From Burkholderiales bacterium (GTDB lineage: Bacteria > Pseudomonadota > Gammaproteobacteria > Burkholderiales > SG8-39): a stretch of 64,000 bases of DNA. Location of the stretch: contig DATAID010000084.1 of NCBI GenBank assembly GCA_036262835.1, positions 9,360 to 73,359 of the forward strand, given 5' to 3'. A program made the position numbers and the translations under genes. Shown here piece after piece: positions 9,214 to 18,800 of the stretch. The notes beneath the pieces are model-generated. The model was not told the origin of the DNA. It ran no database searches and saw nothing but the letters and a program-made list of their open reading frames with translations. The first letter of the stretch is position 1; each line of letters starts with the position of its first letter.

Positions 9214-10302
9214 ATGTTCCCCGTCATCGAGATCACCGGCGCGCCGTTCGAGCGCGGCCGGATGCACGGCGAGCTCGCGCGCTCGAGGGTCGAGCGCTCG
9301 CTTGCCAGCTACCAGCGGCTTTTCGCCTACTGCGGCCTCGGCTGGGACGAGGCTCAGCGCAGGGGACAGGCGCACCGCGACAGCATCGGCGCTTTCGATG
9401 CGGCGCTCCTCGAGGAGATCGAGGGCATCGCCCGCGGCTCGGGTCGAAAACAGGAAGAGATTCTGGCGCTCAATGCGCGCACCGAGATCCTGCCCGCGAA
9501 ATACCTGCGCGGCGGAGACAAGGGCGAGTGCACGGCGATCGCAGTCAATCCGGCGGCGAGCACGACCGGCGGCACGCTGCTTGCGCAGAACTGGGACTGG
9601 CTCGGCGGGCAGCGCGAGGCGCTCGTGCTCCTGCGCGTGCCCGAGCACGAGGGGCCGGCGTATCTCGCGCTCACCGAAGCCGGGATGCTCTCCAAGATCG
9701 GGCTCAACGCCGCCGGCTTCGGCGTGTGCCTGAACATCCTGAGCTCCGTTCACGACGGCAGTAAAGCGGGACTTCCGGTGCATGTGCTGCTGCGCGCGCT
9801 GCTCAGGTGCGCGAGCGTGCAGGATGCGATCAAGCTCGCGGCGAAGCTCGATTTCACGGGCTCCTCCAACGTCCTCTGCGCAGAGCGCGGCGGGGAGACG
9901 GCGAGCCTCGAGCTTTCGCCCAAGGGCTGCCGCGTGGTGCGCGGAGACGGGGCGACCCTCTGCCACACCAACCATTTCCTCGACAGCGAGGCGCGGGCCT
10001 GGCAGTCCCCGCTCGCCGACTTCCTTTCCAGCGAGCCGCGCCTCGCGTGCGCGCAGCGCCATGCGGCGTCGCGGCGCAAGCACGGCATCGAGGACTTGAA
10101 GCGCCTGCTGCGCGACGAGACCCTCGGCCTGCAGTCGATCTGCCGCAAGCCGGACGCCTCGCTGCCCGAGGAAGGGCGGATCGAGTCGGTGGCCTCCGTG
10201 ATCATGGAGCTCGGTCGCGGCGTCATGCACATCGCGCCCGACATCCCGGCGCGGACGGAGTACCAGCCGGTCGCCCTTGCGGGGGAGCCGGTCGCCGCCT
10301 AG
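9214..10302 (+). CDS. Peptidase C45 / acyl-CoA:6-APA acyltransferase-family NTN hydrolase, 362 aa
   Basis: PFERGRMHGE lies near the N-terminus. A candidate autoprocessing and nucleophile site GDKGE-CTAIAV sits near residue 106, followed by LLAQNWDW. Confidence 0.7.
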   Translation: MFPVIEITGAPFERGRMHGELARSRVERSLASYQRLFAYCGLGWDEAQRRGQAHRDSIGAFDAALLEEIEGIARGSGRKQEEILALNARTEILPAKYLRGGDKGECTAIAVNPAASTTGGTLLAQNWDWLGGQREALVLLRVPEHEGPAYLALTEAGMLSKIGLNAAGFGVCLNILSSVHDGSKAGLPVHVLLRALLRCASVQDAIKLAAKLDFTGSSNVLCAERGGETASLELSPKGCRVVRGDGATLCHTNHFLDSEARAWQSPLADFLSSEPRLACAQRHAASRRKHGIEDLKRLLRDETLGLQSICRKPDASLPEEGRIESVASVIMELGRGVMHIAPDIPARTEYQPVALAGEPVAA

Positions 10303-10970
10303 GCTGCCCGCGCCGGTTCGGCGCGGATCCGGCCTTTTTGCAGCGTGAGGGCGCGGTCGGCCACCAGAGCGGCGTAGCGCGGGTTTTGCTCGCAAAGCAG
10401 CACCGCGAGCCCCTCGCTCTTTAACGCCCGCACGGCCGCCGCCATGGCTTCGACGATGCGCGGCGCGAGGCCTTCGAACGGCTCATCGAGCAGGATCGCG
10501 CGCGGATTGCCCATGAGCGTGCGCGCGATGGCGAGCATCTGCTGCTCGCCGCCCGACATCTCTGCGCCGCGCCGCTCGCGCATGCGCCCGAGGTTGGGAA
10601 AGAGCTCAAAGAGCTTGTCCGGCGTCCAGGGTGGCAGCCCGCTGCGTGGCGGCTGTCGCCCGACTTCGAGGTTCTCCGTCACGGTAAGGCCGGTGAAGAT
10701 GCGCCGCTCCTCCGGAACGTAGCCCAGGCCAAGTCGGGCGATTTCGAACGAAGGAACGGCGTCGATCCTTTTTCCTTCGAAAAGGATTTCTCCCGAAGTG
10801 CAGGGCAAGAGCCCGATGATGGCTTTGAGGGTCGTGGTCTTGCCCGCGCCGTTGCGTCCGAGCACGACGAGCGCTTCCCCCGCGTTCAGCGCGAGGTCGA
10901 CGCCGAAGAGGACCTGCGCACGCCCGTAGGCAGCGCTCACCCGGCGCAGCTCGAGGAGGGCGCTAGACAT
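10299..10970 (-). CDS. Branched-chain amino-acid-type ABC transporter ATPase (LivF-like), 223 aa
   Basis: Walker A is GRNGAGKTT, the signature is MSGGEQQML and Walker B is ILLDEP. Start is taken at ATG 10970 (MSSALLELRRV), overlapping the livG-like stop by 8 nt. Confidence 0.9.
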   Translation of the reverse strand: MSSALLELRRVSAAYGRAQVLFGVDLALNAGEALVVLGRNGAGKTTTLKAIIGLLPCTSGEILFEGKRIDAVPSFEIARLGLGYVPEERRIFTGLTVTENLEVGRQPPRSGLPPWTPDKLFELFPNLGRMRERRGAEMSGGEQQMLAIARTLMGNPRAILLDEPFEGLAPRIVEAMAAAVRALKSEGLAVLLCEQNPRYAALVADRALTLQKGRIRAEPARAA

Positions 10971-11694
10971 TGCCAAGGTAGACCTCCTGCACCTTCGCAT
11001 GGGCGCGAATGTCCGCGGGCGGGCCTTCGGCGATGATCACCCCTTCCGCGAGCACGATGACGCGGTCGGCATGCCCGAACACGACCTCCATGTCGTGCTC
11101 GGTGAAGAGCACCGCGAGGCCGAGCTCGCGCGCAAGCCCGGTCGCGAGCCGCATGAGCTCGCCGCGCTCCTCCGGCGCCATGCCGGCCGTCGGCTCGTCC
11201 ATCAGCAGCAGCCGGGGCCGGCCCGCGAGCGCGATCGCGAGCTCGACGCGCTTCAGATCCCCGTAGGCGAGCGTCGCGCAGGGCTGATGCGCCTGCTCGC
11301 TCATGCCGACCCGAGCAAGGAGCTGCGCGGCTTCGCCCGCGCCGCCCAGGCTCGACCAAAGCGAGCCCAGCCGGCGCTCGCGCGAAAGGAGGGCGAGCTG
11401 CACGTTCTCGCGCACCGTCATCGAGCCGAAGGTTGCCGCGACCTGGAAGGTGCGCCCGACGCCGAGCCGGAAGCGCTTGCGCGGCGGCAGATGCTCGATA
11501 TCGAGTCCCTCGACGCGAATCGATCCGGCGTCGGCGCGCAATTGGCCGTTCAGGAGGTTGAAGCAGGTCGTCTTGCCGGCGCCGTTCGGGCCGATCATCG
11601 CGAGCAGCTCGCCCGCGCCCACCGAGAAGCTGACATCGGCGAGCGCGCGCACGCCGCCGAAAGACTTCGCGAGGTGCTCGGCCTCGAGGATCAC
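10963..11694 (-). CDS. Branched-chain amino-acid-type ABC transporter ATPase (LivG-like), 243 aa
   Basis: Walker A is GPNGAGKTT, the signature-like block is LAYGDLKRVE and Walker B is LLMDEP. The GTG start at 11694 overlaps the permease stop (GTGA). The track ORF 10963-13173 is an out-of-context 5' extension. Confidence 0.85.
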   Translation of the reverse strand: MILEAEHLAKSFGGVRALADVSFSVGAGELLAMIGPNGAGKTTCFNLLNGQLRADAGSIRVEGLDIEHLPPRKRFRLGVGRTFQVAATFGSMTVRENVQLALLSRERRLGSLWSSLGGAGEAAQLLARVGMSEQAHQPCATLAYGDLKRVELAIALAGRPRLLLMDEPTAGMAPEERGELMRLATGLARELGLAVLFTEHDMEVVFGHADRVIVLAEGVIIAEGPPADIRAHAKVQEVYLGNV

Positions 11695-13505
11695 CGGCGC
11701 GCTCGGACGAGAGACGCGAGGCCGCCCGGCAGCGCGAGAACGAGCGCGAGAATCGCAAGGCCCACCGCCGCGCGCCAGTACTCGAAGCTGCGCGCCGCGG
11801 CGTCCTGCAGCCACGTGTACGCCGCCGCGCCCCAAACCGGTCCGGTGAGCGTCTGGATGCCGCCCAGGAGCACCATGACGAGCCCGTCGACCGAGCGCTG
11901 AATCGACAAGGTGTCCGGGGCGATCGAGCCCTTGGAGAAGGCATAGAGCGCTCCCGAGATGCCGGCGGCGAGGCCCGCCAGCGCAAACGCCGCCCATTGG
12001 CGCGCGCGCACGTCGATGCCGATCGCATCGGCGCGAAGCGGCGAATCGCGGCCCGCGCGGAGCGAATAGCCGAAGCGCGAGAAGGTCACGCGCCAGAGCG
12101 CGAGCACGGTGGCGATGCAGAGCCCCACGGCGAGCCCGTAAAACCCGGCCTTGGAGTCGAAGGGCGCCGGCGGCCATACGCCGATGAGTCCGTTGGAGCC
12201 GCCGGTGAGCGTGTCCCACTGATAGGCCGCCGACCATGCGATCTGGGCGAAGGCGAGCGTGAGCATCGCGGAATAGACCCCGGCGAGCCTCACCGTAAAA
12301 GCGCCGAAAAGAACCGCGCCCGCAGCGGCGAGCAAGACGCCGGCCGCGAGAGCGCTGCCGAACGGCGCCTTTTGCAGCGCCATCAGCCCGGCGCCATAGG
12401 CGCCGAGCCCGAAGAAAGCGGCGTGGCCGAACGAGTAAACGCCGGTCGGGCCGACCAGAAAATGCAGGCTTGCCGCGAAGAGCGCGAAGACGGCGATGTC
12501 GGTGAGAAGGACGAGCGTGTACTCGGAGGCGGCAAGCGGGGCGAGCGCAAGCGCAGCGATGACCGCCGTTCCCATGAGAAGTGCGGCGCGGCGGGGAGGA
12601 CGCATTGCCGCCGCGGTGCTGGCAGGAGCCTTCGCGCCTTCGACCGGCCGGCCAAGAAGCCCCCAGGGCCGCACGACGAGCACGAGCGCCATGACGACGA
12701 ACTCGATCACGAGCGTTGCCTTGGAGAAGCCCAAACCGATGCAGAACGACTTCACCTCGCCAATGACGAGCGCGGCGAGGAATGCGCCAGGAATCGAGCC
12801 CAGGCCGCCGACCACGACGACGACGAAGGCGTCGGCGATGACGGTCAGATCGACGCCGAGGCTCGCCGGCTCGCGCGGGATCTGCAGAGCGCCTCCCAGC
12901 CCGGCAAGGAAGGCGCCGAGCGCGAAGACCGTCGTGAAAAGGCGCCGCTGGTTGACGCCGAGCGCCGCCGCCATTTCCCGGTCTTCGGTCGCGGCGCGCA
13001 CGAGAATGCCCCAGCGTGTGCGAGTGAGGAGAGCGTGCAGCGCCAGCAGCACGAGCGGCCCGAGCACGATCAGGAAGAGGTCGTACTGCGGAAAGGACGC
13101 GCCGGCGATTCCGGTCGCTCCGGCCAGGCCGGGCGCGCGCGGGCCCAGCACGTCCTCCGGTCCCCAGAGCCAAAGCGCCGCGTCCTCGATGACGAGGACG
13201 AGCGCAAAGGTGGCGAGTAGCTGGAGGAGCTCGGGCGCCTTGTAGAGGCGCCTGAGAAGGAAGGTCTCGAGGAGTGCCCCGAGCAGGCCCGCACTCAGGG
13301 CCGCGAGGGGGACGGCAAGCCAGAAGCCGAAGCGCTCAGCGGCGGAGACCGCCACGTACATGCCCAGCATGTAGAGCGAGCCGTGGGCGAAGTTGACAAT
13401 GCGGCTCACCCCGAAGATGAGGGACAGGCCGGCGGCGACAAGGAAGAGCGTAGAGGCCCCCGTCAGTCCATTCAGAAACTGGATGAGGACTGACGAGTAA
13501 CTCAT
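11691..13505 (-). CDS. Fused LivH-LivM-type ABC permease, 604 aa
   Basis: The N-half is LivH-like (FLNGLTGASTLFLVAAGLSLIFG..NFAHGS). After an Ala/Pro linker, the C-half is LivM-like (YTLVLLTDIAVFALFAASLHFLVGPTGVYSFGHAAFFGLGAY). Confidence 0.85.
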   Translation of the reverse strand: MSYSSVLIQFLNGLTGASTLFLVAAGLSLIFGVSRIVNFAHGSLYMLGMYVAVSAAERFGFWLAVPLAALSAGLLGALLETFLLRRLYKAPELLQLLATFALVLVIEDAALWLWGPEDVLGPRAPGLAGATGIAGASFPQYDLFLIVLGPLVLLALHALLTRTRWGILVRAATEDREMAAALGVNQRRLFTTVFALGAFLAGLGGALQIPREPASLGVDLTVIADAFVVVVVGGLGSIPGAFLAALVIGEVKSFCIGLGFSKATLVIEFVVMALVLVVRPWGLLGRPVEGAKAPASTAAAMRPPRRAALLMGTAVIAALALAPLAASEYTLVLLTDIAVFALFAASLHFLVGPTGVYSFGHAAFFGLGAYGAGLMALQKAPFGSALAAGVLLAAAGAVLFGAFTVRLAGVYSAMLTLAFAQIAWSAAYQWDTLTGGSNGLIGVWPPAPFDSKAGFYGLAVGLCIATVLALWRVTFSRFGYSLRAGRDSPLRADAIGIDVRARQWAAFALAGLAAGISGALYAFSKGSIAPDTLSIQRSVDGLVMVLLGGIQTLTGPVWGAAAYTWLQDAAARSFEYWRAAVGLAILALVLALPGGLASLVRARR

Positions 13506-13509
13506 TGCG

Positions 13510-14688
13510 TTATTGTGTTTTTCTGAATCCTTTTGTTTCTTCCGGCGACGGCAGCACCTGGGTGCCGTCCACGAAATGCCAATTCACCATGATCCCGTGC
13601 CCGTCTTTTTTGCCGAGCTGCCCGACGTAGGCGCCCATGGTCGACTGATGGTCGACCGCACGCCAGAGGATCGTGCCGAAGGGGCTTGGCATCTGCAGGC
13701 CCTTCAGCGCTTCGACCAGCTTTTCGGTATCCGCGGAATTGGCCTTGCGCAGGGCGGCAGCCACGGCCTGGATCGCGGTGTAGCCGACGACCGAGCCCTG
13801 GCGCGGATAGTCGTTCCAGCGCTTCCGGTAGGCCTCCCGGAAGGCCTTGTGCTCAGGCGTCTGAATCGCGCTCCAGGGATAACCCGTCACCCACCAGCCC
13901 TCGGGCGTTTCGTCCTTTAGGGGATCGAGGTACTCGGGCTCGCCGGCGAGGAGGTTGAGCACGACGCGGCCCTTGAAGAGCCCGCGCGTGTTGCCTTCGC
14001 GGACGAACTTCTGCAGATCGGCGGCGAAAAGCGAGCTGAAGATGGCATCAGGCTTTGCATCGGCAAGTGCCTGCACCACCGCTCCCGCATCGATCTTGCC
14101 GAGCGGCGGCGCCTGCTCGGCGACGAACTCGACGTCCGGCTGCGCTTTCTTCAGGAGCTTCTTGAACGATTCGGTCGCCGATTGGCCGTACTCGTAGTTC
14201 GGATACACGATCGCCCAGCGCTTCTTTTTCAGCTTCACCGCCTCGGGAATCAGCATCGCCGTCTGCATGTAGGTCGAAGGGCGCAGGCGGAACGTGTAGC
14301 GATTGCCCAGTTCCCAGACCATCTTGTCGGTGAGGGGCTCCGAGGCGAGAAAGAGCACCTTGCGCTGGTTGGCGAGGTTCGAGACGGCGAGCCCGACGTG
14401 CGAAGCGAAGGTGCCCATGAGCAGGTTGACCTTCTCGCGCGCGATCAGCTCCTCCGCCACGCGCACGGCATCGCCCGGGTTGCCACCGTCGTCGCGCACG
14501 ACGAGTTCGAGCTTGCTGCCCAGCACGCCGCCGGCTTTGTTGATTTCCTCGAGCGCGAGCTCCATGCCTTTCTTGTAGGGCTCGAGAAAGGCGGGGAACA
14601 TCTTGTAGCTGTTCAGCTCGCCGATCTTCAGGGTCTGGGCTCCAGCGGAAACAGCAAAGCCGAGCAGAAGCAGGGCCAGGAACCTCAT
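13510..14688 (-). CDS. Periplasmic substrate-binding protein, Liv/amide type (Peripla_BP_6-like), 392 aa
   Basis: It has a signal peptide, MRFLALLLLGFAVSAGAQ. Subsequent blocks LKIGELNS...GGVLGSKLELVVRDDGGNP are typical of LivK/BraC-like binding proteins. Confidence 0.85.
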   Translation of the reverse strand: MRFLALLLLGFAVSAGAQTLKIGELNSYKMFPAFLEPYKKGMELALEEINKAGGVLGSKLELVVRDDGGNPGDAVRVAEELIAREKVNLLMGTFASHVGLAVSNLANQRKVLFLASEPLTDKMVWELGNRYTFRLRPSTYMQTAMLIPEAVKLKKKRWAIVYPNYEYGQSATESFKKLLKKAQPDVEFVAEQAPPLGKIDAGAVVQALADAKPDAIFSSLFAADLQKFVREGNTRGLFKGRVVLNLLAGEPEYLDPLKDETPEGWWVTGYPWSAIQTPEHKAFREAYRKRWNDYPRQGSVVGYTAIQAVAAALRKANSADTEKLVEALKGLQMPSPFGTILWRAVDHQSTMGAYVGQLGKKDGHGIMVNWHFVDGTQVLPSPEETKGFRKTQ

Positions 14689-14888
14689 CGCTTTCCCTCC
14701 ACCTTGGCGCCGCGGTCGGGGCGAATCAGGCCGGTGCCGCCCGGGAAGACGCGCCAGAACTCCTTGCGCACCAGGCTGACGAGGGTCGCGCTCTTGTTCA
14801 GGCCGTGATAGCGCGCGACGACCTCGAGCATCTCCAGGTCCCGCGGCGTCGCGGAAAAAGTGCTGACCTTGACCTTCGACTTCGGCAT
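14685..14888 (-). CDS. Small ribbon-helix-helix-like protein, 67 aa (hypothetical)
   Basis: Translation is MPKSKVKVSTFSATPRDLEMLEVVARYHGLNKSATLVSLVRKEFWRVF... This reads as a beta-strand, helix, G-x-N/S turn and helix, i.e. the RHH pattern. Third codon positions are strongly G/C. The stop overlaps the SBP start (ATGA). I prefer ATG 14888 to the track's TTG 14894. Confidence 0.6.
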   Translation of the reverse strand: MPKSKVKVSTFSATPRDLEMLEVVARYHGLNKSATLVSLVRKEFWRVFPGGTGLIRPDRGAKVEGKR

Positions 14889-14915
14889 ATACAAATCTTA
14901 TATAACAGTTGTATA
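14888..14915. promoter_or_regulatory. AT-rich inverted repeat TATACAA-N14-TTGTATA overlapping the small-ORF start codon
   Basis: The arms at 14888-14894 and 14909-14915 are exact reverse complements. They sit in the only strongly AT-rich stretch of this locus (14887-14920), which also carries TATAAG/TATATA -10-like hexamers on the minus strand. Confidence 0.4.
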
Positions 14916-14920
14916 GATCG

Positions 14921-15853
14921 TCAAGCCCCCGGCCTGCGCCTCCCCAGCCGTGTCACAAGGCTCGCGACACCTCCCGGCATGAAGTGCACAACCAGAATCA
15001 GAGCGACTCCGTAGAGCGCGAAAATCTGCGCCGTCTGCAGCGAGCGCGCGGTCGCGCCGACCGCGAGGAAGATCAGCTGCAGGAAGAGGGCGCCGTAGAG
15101 CGCGCCGGCGAGCGTGGCGACGCCGCCGACCATGGCGCCGATCAGGAAGCCGAACGAGAGGAAGATGCCAAAGAGACCGGGCGCCACGTATTGAAGCGCG
15201 GTCGCGGCGAGCGCACCCGCCATCCCGGCGAACAGCGCGCTGATGCCCAGGGCCGCCGGCTTGTAGACGCCGGCATGGATTCCGGAAGCCTCGGCGCCGA
15301 CAGGATCGTCCCGGATCGCGACAAGGGCGCGCCCGACGCGGCCGCCCAGCAGGTTGGCTGCAAGCGTCATCGAGACGACGAGCACGAGCAGCGTGAAGAG
15401 GTACATCCACTGGTCGAAGCTGAGCGGCAGGCCGAACGGAACCCGCGGGCGATCGAGCTCCATGCCCTGAGTGCCGCCCGTCCAGCGCTCGATGCTCTTG
15501 TGCTTGGCCAAGGCGGGCAGCACGACCCCGAGCGCGAAGGTGGCCATCGCGAAGTGCATGGCGCCCAGGCGCAGGGTCGGCAGGCCGAAGGCAAAGCCGG
15601 CGGCGAGGCAGGCCGCGCCGGCGATCGGCACCGCGGCCCAGTGCGGTACGCCCAGGTGAGCGATCTGGATGGCGGCGGCGTAAGCGCCCAGCGCATAGAA
15701 AGCGCCATGGCCCAGGGAAATCTGGCCGTTGTAGCCCACAAGGATGTTCACCCCCAGCAGGGCGATGGCATAGATGAGGATGTTCGTGAGGCGAAAGAGC
15801 TGGAAGTCCGAAGCGACGAGCGGCACGCAGGCAGCCGCGAGCAGCAGGAGCAA
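14921..15853 (-). CDS. Orphan LivM-type ABC permease, about 310 aa
   Basis: LFRLTNILIYAIALLGVNILVGYNGQISLGHGAFYALGAYAAA is the LivM signature region, and about 8 further TM segments follow. There is no in-frame ATG: candidate starts are TTG 15853 or CTG 15871, the latter overlapping the upstream TGA. The track ORF to 16360 is an out-of-context extension. Confidence 0.7.
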   Translation of the reverse strand: MLLLLAAACVPLVASDFQLFRLTNILIYAIALLGVNILVGYNGQISLGHGAFYALGAYAAAIQIAHLGVPHWAAVPIAGAACLAAGFAFGLPTLRLGAMHFAMATFALGVVLPALAKHKSIERWTGGTQGMELDRPRVPFGLPLSFDQWMYLFTLLVLVVSMTLAANLLGGRVGRALVAIRDDPVGAEASGIHAGVYKPAALGISALFAGMAGALAATALQYVAPGLFGIFLSFGFLIGAMVGGVATLAGALYGALFLQLIFLAVGATARSLQTAQIFALYGVALILVVHFMPGGVASLVTRLGRRRPGA

Positions 15854-15867
15854 AAGGCCGGATCGCC

Positions 15868-18800
15868 TCAGGCGGCTTTCTTCTCGGCGGGAGGCGGCAG
15901 CAGCTTGAGGCAGCGCTCGATCCAGAGCGCGGTCAGCTTCTCCTGCACGCCGTTCTGCGCAAGGCGCTGCGCGAGAGCGGGGAAATCGACCTGGTCGAGC
16001 GACTGATCCTGGTTGAAGCAGGAGAACACGTAGCTCTTCTCGCCGGTCTTCGGATCCACGTGCGGCTGCAGGCACTGCGCGCAGATCTCCTTCATCATGC
16101 ACTGCATCGGCGAGTTGATCGAGCCGATGGCGACGTGGGTGTCCTTGAGGAACGGCTTGAGCACGCCGTGCCGCGCCAGGGCGACGGCGGCCATCATGCG
16201 GTCCGAGCCGATCGCGATGATCCGGTCGGTGTTCGCGAACGCAACCGGCTGCTCGCCGAGCTTGCCGGTCGCATAGGCCTGCATTGCCTGGACGATGTTG
16301 CCGACGAAGCTGCGGTCCTCGGCTCGGCGCGCGCCAAAGCCGGGCGCCTCGTCCGAGCACCAGACCACGGTATCCGCGGCTGCCTCGATGTCCTCGACGC
16401 GATAGCGGTCGGCCAGGTGCTTGTAGCCGGCGAAATAAATGACCTTCGAGCCCGCGGCGCGAAGCGCGCGGCCAATGGAGAAGAGCACCGCGTTGCCGAG
16501 CCCGCCGCCCGCAAGAACCACCGTTTCGTCGCCGGGAATTTCGGTCGGCGTGCCGGTGGGACCCATGAGGACGACGGGCTCGCCAGGCCGCAGATAGGCG
16601 AGCAGGTCGGCCGAGCCGCCCATCTCGAGCGCGATCACGGCGATGAGGCCTTTGTCGCGGTCCACCCAGGCGCCGGTGAGGGCGAGGCCCTCCATCGCGA
16701 GCGTGGTGCCGGGCACGTGCAGCGCGAGCGTCTCGTAGTTCTGCAAGCGGTAGAACTGGCCGGGCTGGAAGCGCCGTGCCGCCACCGGGGCGCGCAGGAC
16801 GACTTCCACGATGGTCGGCGTCAGGCGTTTCACTTCGTGCACGATCGCGCGCAATTCGCGGTTCAGCCTGGACAGGAATTCGCGGTCCGGGAGCGGCGAC
16901 GACGCGGCGCGGCCATGCAGAACCCGGGACACCACCGGATAGCCTTGCTTCGCGCTTCCCATCGCCTTCACCACGTTGCCGAAGTAGGAGGGATGCAGGT
17001 CGCCGAAAAAGCTCATGAAGCGGCCGTCCTCATAGCGATGCAGCAGCACTTCCGCGCGCGAGGGCTTGGAAGTGTGGCGCTCGGGCTTGACCGGCGCCCC
17101 GGTCTCGTCGGTCGCGAGGAAATATTTGCCGTCGAGCTCGAGGCTGACACCTTCCTCGCGCGCGAGGACCGTGTTCGGCTGCGTTCCCGCCGCAATGAGG
17201 ACCGACTTGGCCTTGAGCTCCGTGCCGTTCGTGAACTTGACCAAGGCGGCATGGCCGTGGCGATCCACTTCGATTCTCTCGGGCGTCAGGTTCTCGGCGA
17301 AAACGATCCCTTCCTCCAGCGCCTTGGCCACTTCCTCGTGATTGAGCGTGTAGGAGGGGCTGTCGACGAGGCGCCGGCGGTAGGCGATGGTCGAGCCGCC
17401 CCAGGCCTGGAGCACCTGAAGCCTCTTGTCCTGCGGCGTGGCCCTCAGGATCCGGGCGTGGGACAGGAATTCTTCGGCGATCTCTTTTTCTTCTCCGGTC
17501 CAGGTCGGCTTCGTTTCGAGCGCCTCGTAGCGCGACAGGAACTTCTCGACCTGCACCGCATAGTAGGCAAGAGACTCGGTGGCCGTGTCGATCGCCGTCA
17601 GGCCGCCGCCGATGACGACGATCGGCAGGCGGATCTGCAGGTTCGCGATCGATTCGCGCTTGGCGGCGCCCGTGAGCTGGAGCGCCATGAGGAAGTCGGA
17701 GGCCGCGCGCACGCCGCGCGCAAAGCCGTTCGGAATCTCGAGCACGGTCGGGCGCCCGGCGCCCGCGCACAGCGCGATGTGGTCGAAGCCGGCCTGGAAA
17801 GCCTCGTCGATGGTGAGCGTGCCGCCGAAGCGCACGCCGCCGAACATGGCGAACTGGGCGCGGCGCTCGAGCAGCAGGCGGATCATCTTGAGGAAGTTCT
17901 TGTCCCAGCGCACGGTGATGCCGTACTCCGCCACGCCGCCGAAGCCGGCCATCACGCGACTGTCCAGCGGCTCTTTCAGCTCGTCGATGTTTTTAACTGG
18001 CTTGAAGGGCGTTCTGTTGCCTAGAGCATCCACCCCGGACAGGTCCGCGCCCAGCGGTTCGATCTTGAGTCCGTCGATGCCGACCACCGTGTGCCCGTCG
18101 TTCATGAGGTGATGGGCGACGGTAAATCCGGCGGGCCCGAGCCCCACGACGAGCACCCGTTTACCGCTGGGCGCTTCGGGGTAGGGCCGGCGCAGGTTGA
18201 AAGGATTCCAGCGCGTGAGAAGGGAATAGATCTCGAAGCCGTAGGGCAGCTCGAGCACGTCTTTCAGCGTGCGCGTCTCGGCTTGCGGGATGTTGACCGG
18301 TTCCTGCTTCTGGTAGATGCAGGACTTCATGCAGTCGTTGCAGATCCGATGGCCGGTCGCCGCCACCATCGGATTGTCGACAGTGATGATGCCGAGCGCG
18401 GCGAGCGGCTGGCCGCGCGCCTTGACCATGTGGAATTCCGAGATCTTCTCCTCGAGCGGGCAGCCGGCGAGGGGCACCTTGAACACCGTCTGCTTGAAGC
18501 CCGCCGCCGGCGGCTTCTCCTTGAGGCCCTTCGAGCATGAATCCTTGCCTTGCTCGTGGCACCAGATGCAGTAGTTCGCTTCGTCGAGCGCGCCGGTGAG
18601 ATCGGTGCCCGGGTCGGTGAGCGCGAAGCCCTCGCGAGGCCGTGTCTCAACGTGGATCGGAATAAGTTTCATGAAGTCGAGCTTGTGCGGCGCCTTGAAG
18701 AGCACGCCGCTGCGGTGCTTCGCCTTGCCCTCCGGGGTCGTCGTCGCCCATGCGGCGTATCGAGCCGCTTGTTCGAGGCGCTCCGAATTGGCCTTCTCGT

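Noticed and set aside
10963-13173. 736-aa track ORF suggesting a giant LivG fusion; similarly 22305-24194 (629 aa) and 45456-47810 (784 aa)
   Set aside because: Only the C-terminal parts are real: LivG from GTG 11694, ScpA from ATG 23397 and LigA from GTG 45738. The N-terminal parts are out-of-frame read-through of the upstream genes (livHM, trpS, zipA).
14895-14912. Possible LexA box (CTGTTATATAAGATTT on the minus strand) upstream of the small RHH-like ORF
   Set aside because: Only one half-site (CTGT) is present. The second half reads ATTT instead of ACAG, so the resemblance comes from the AT-rich core alone.
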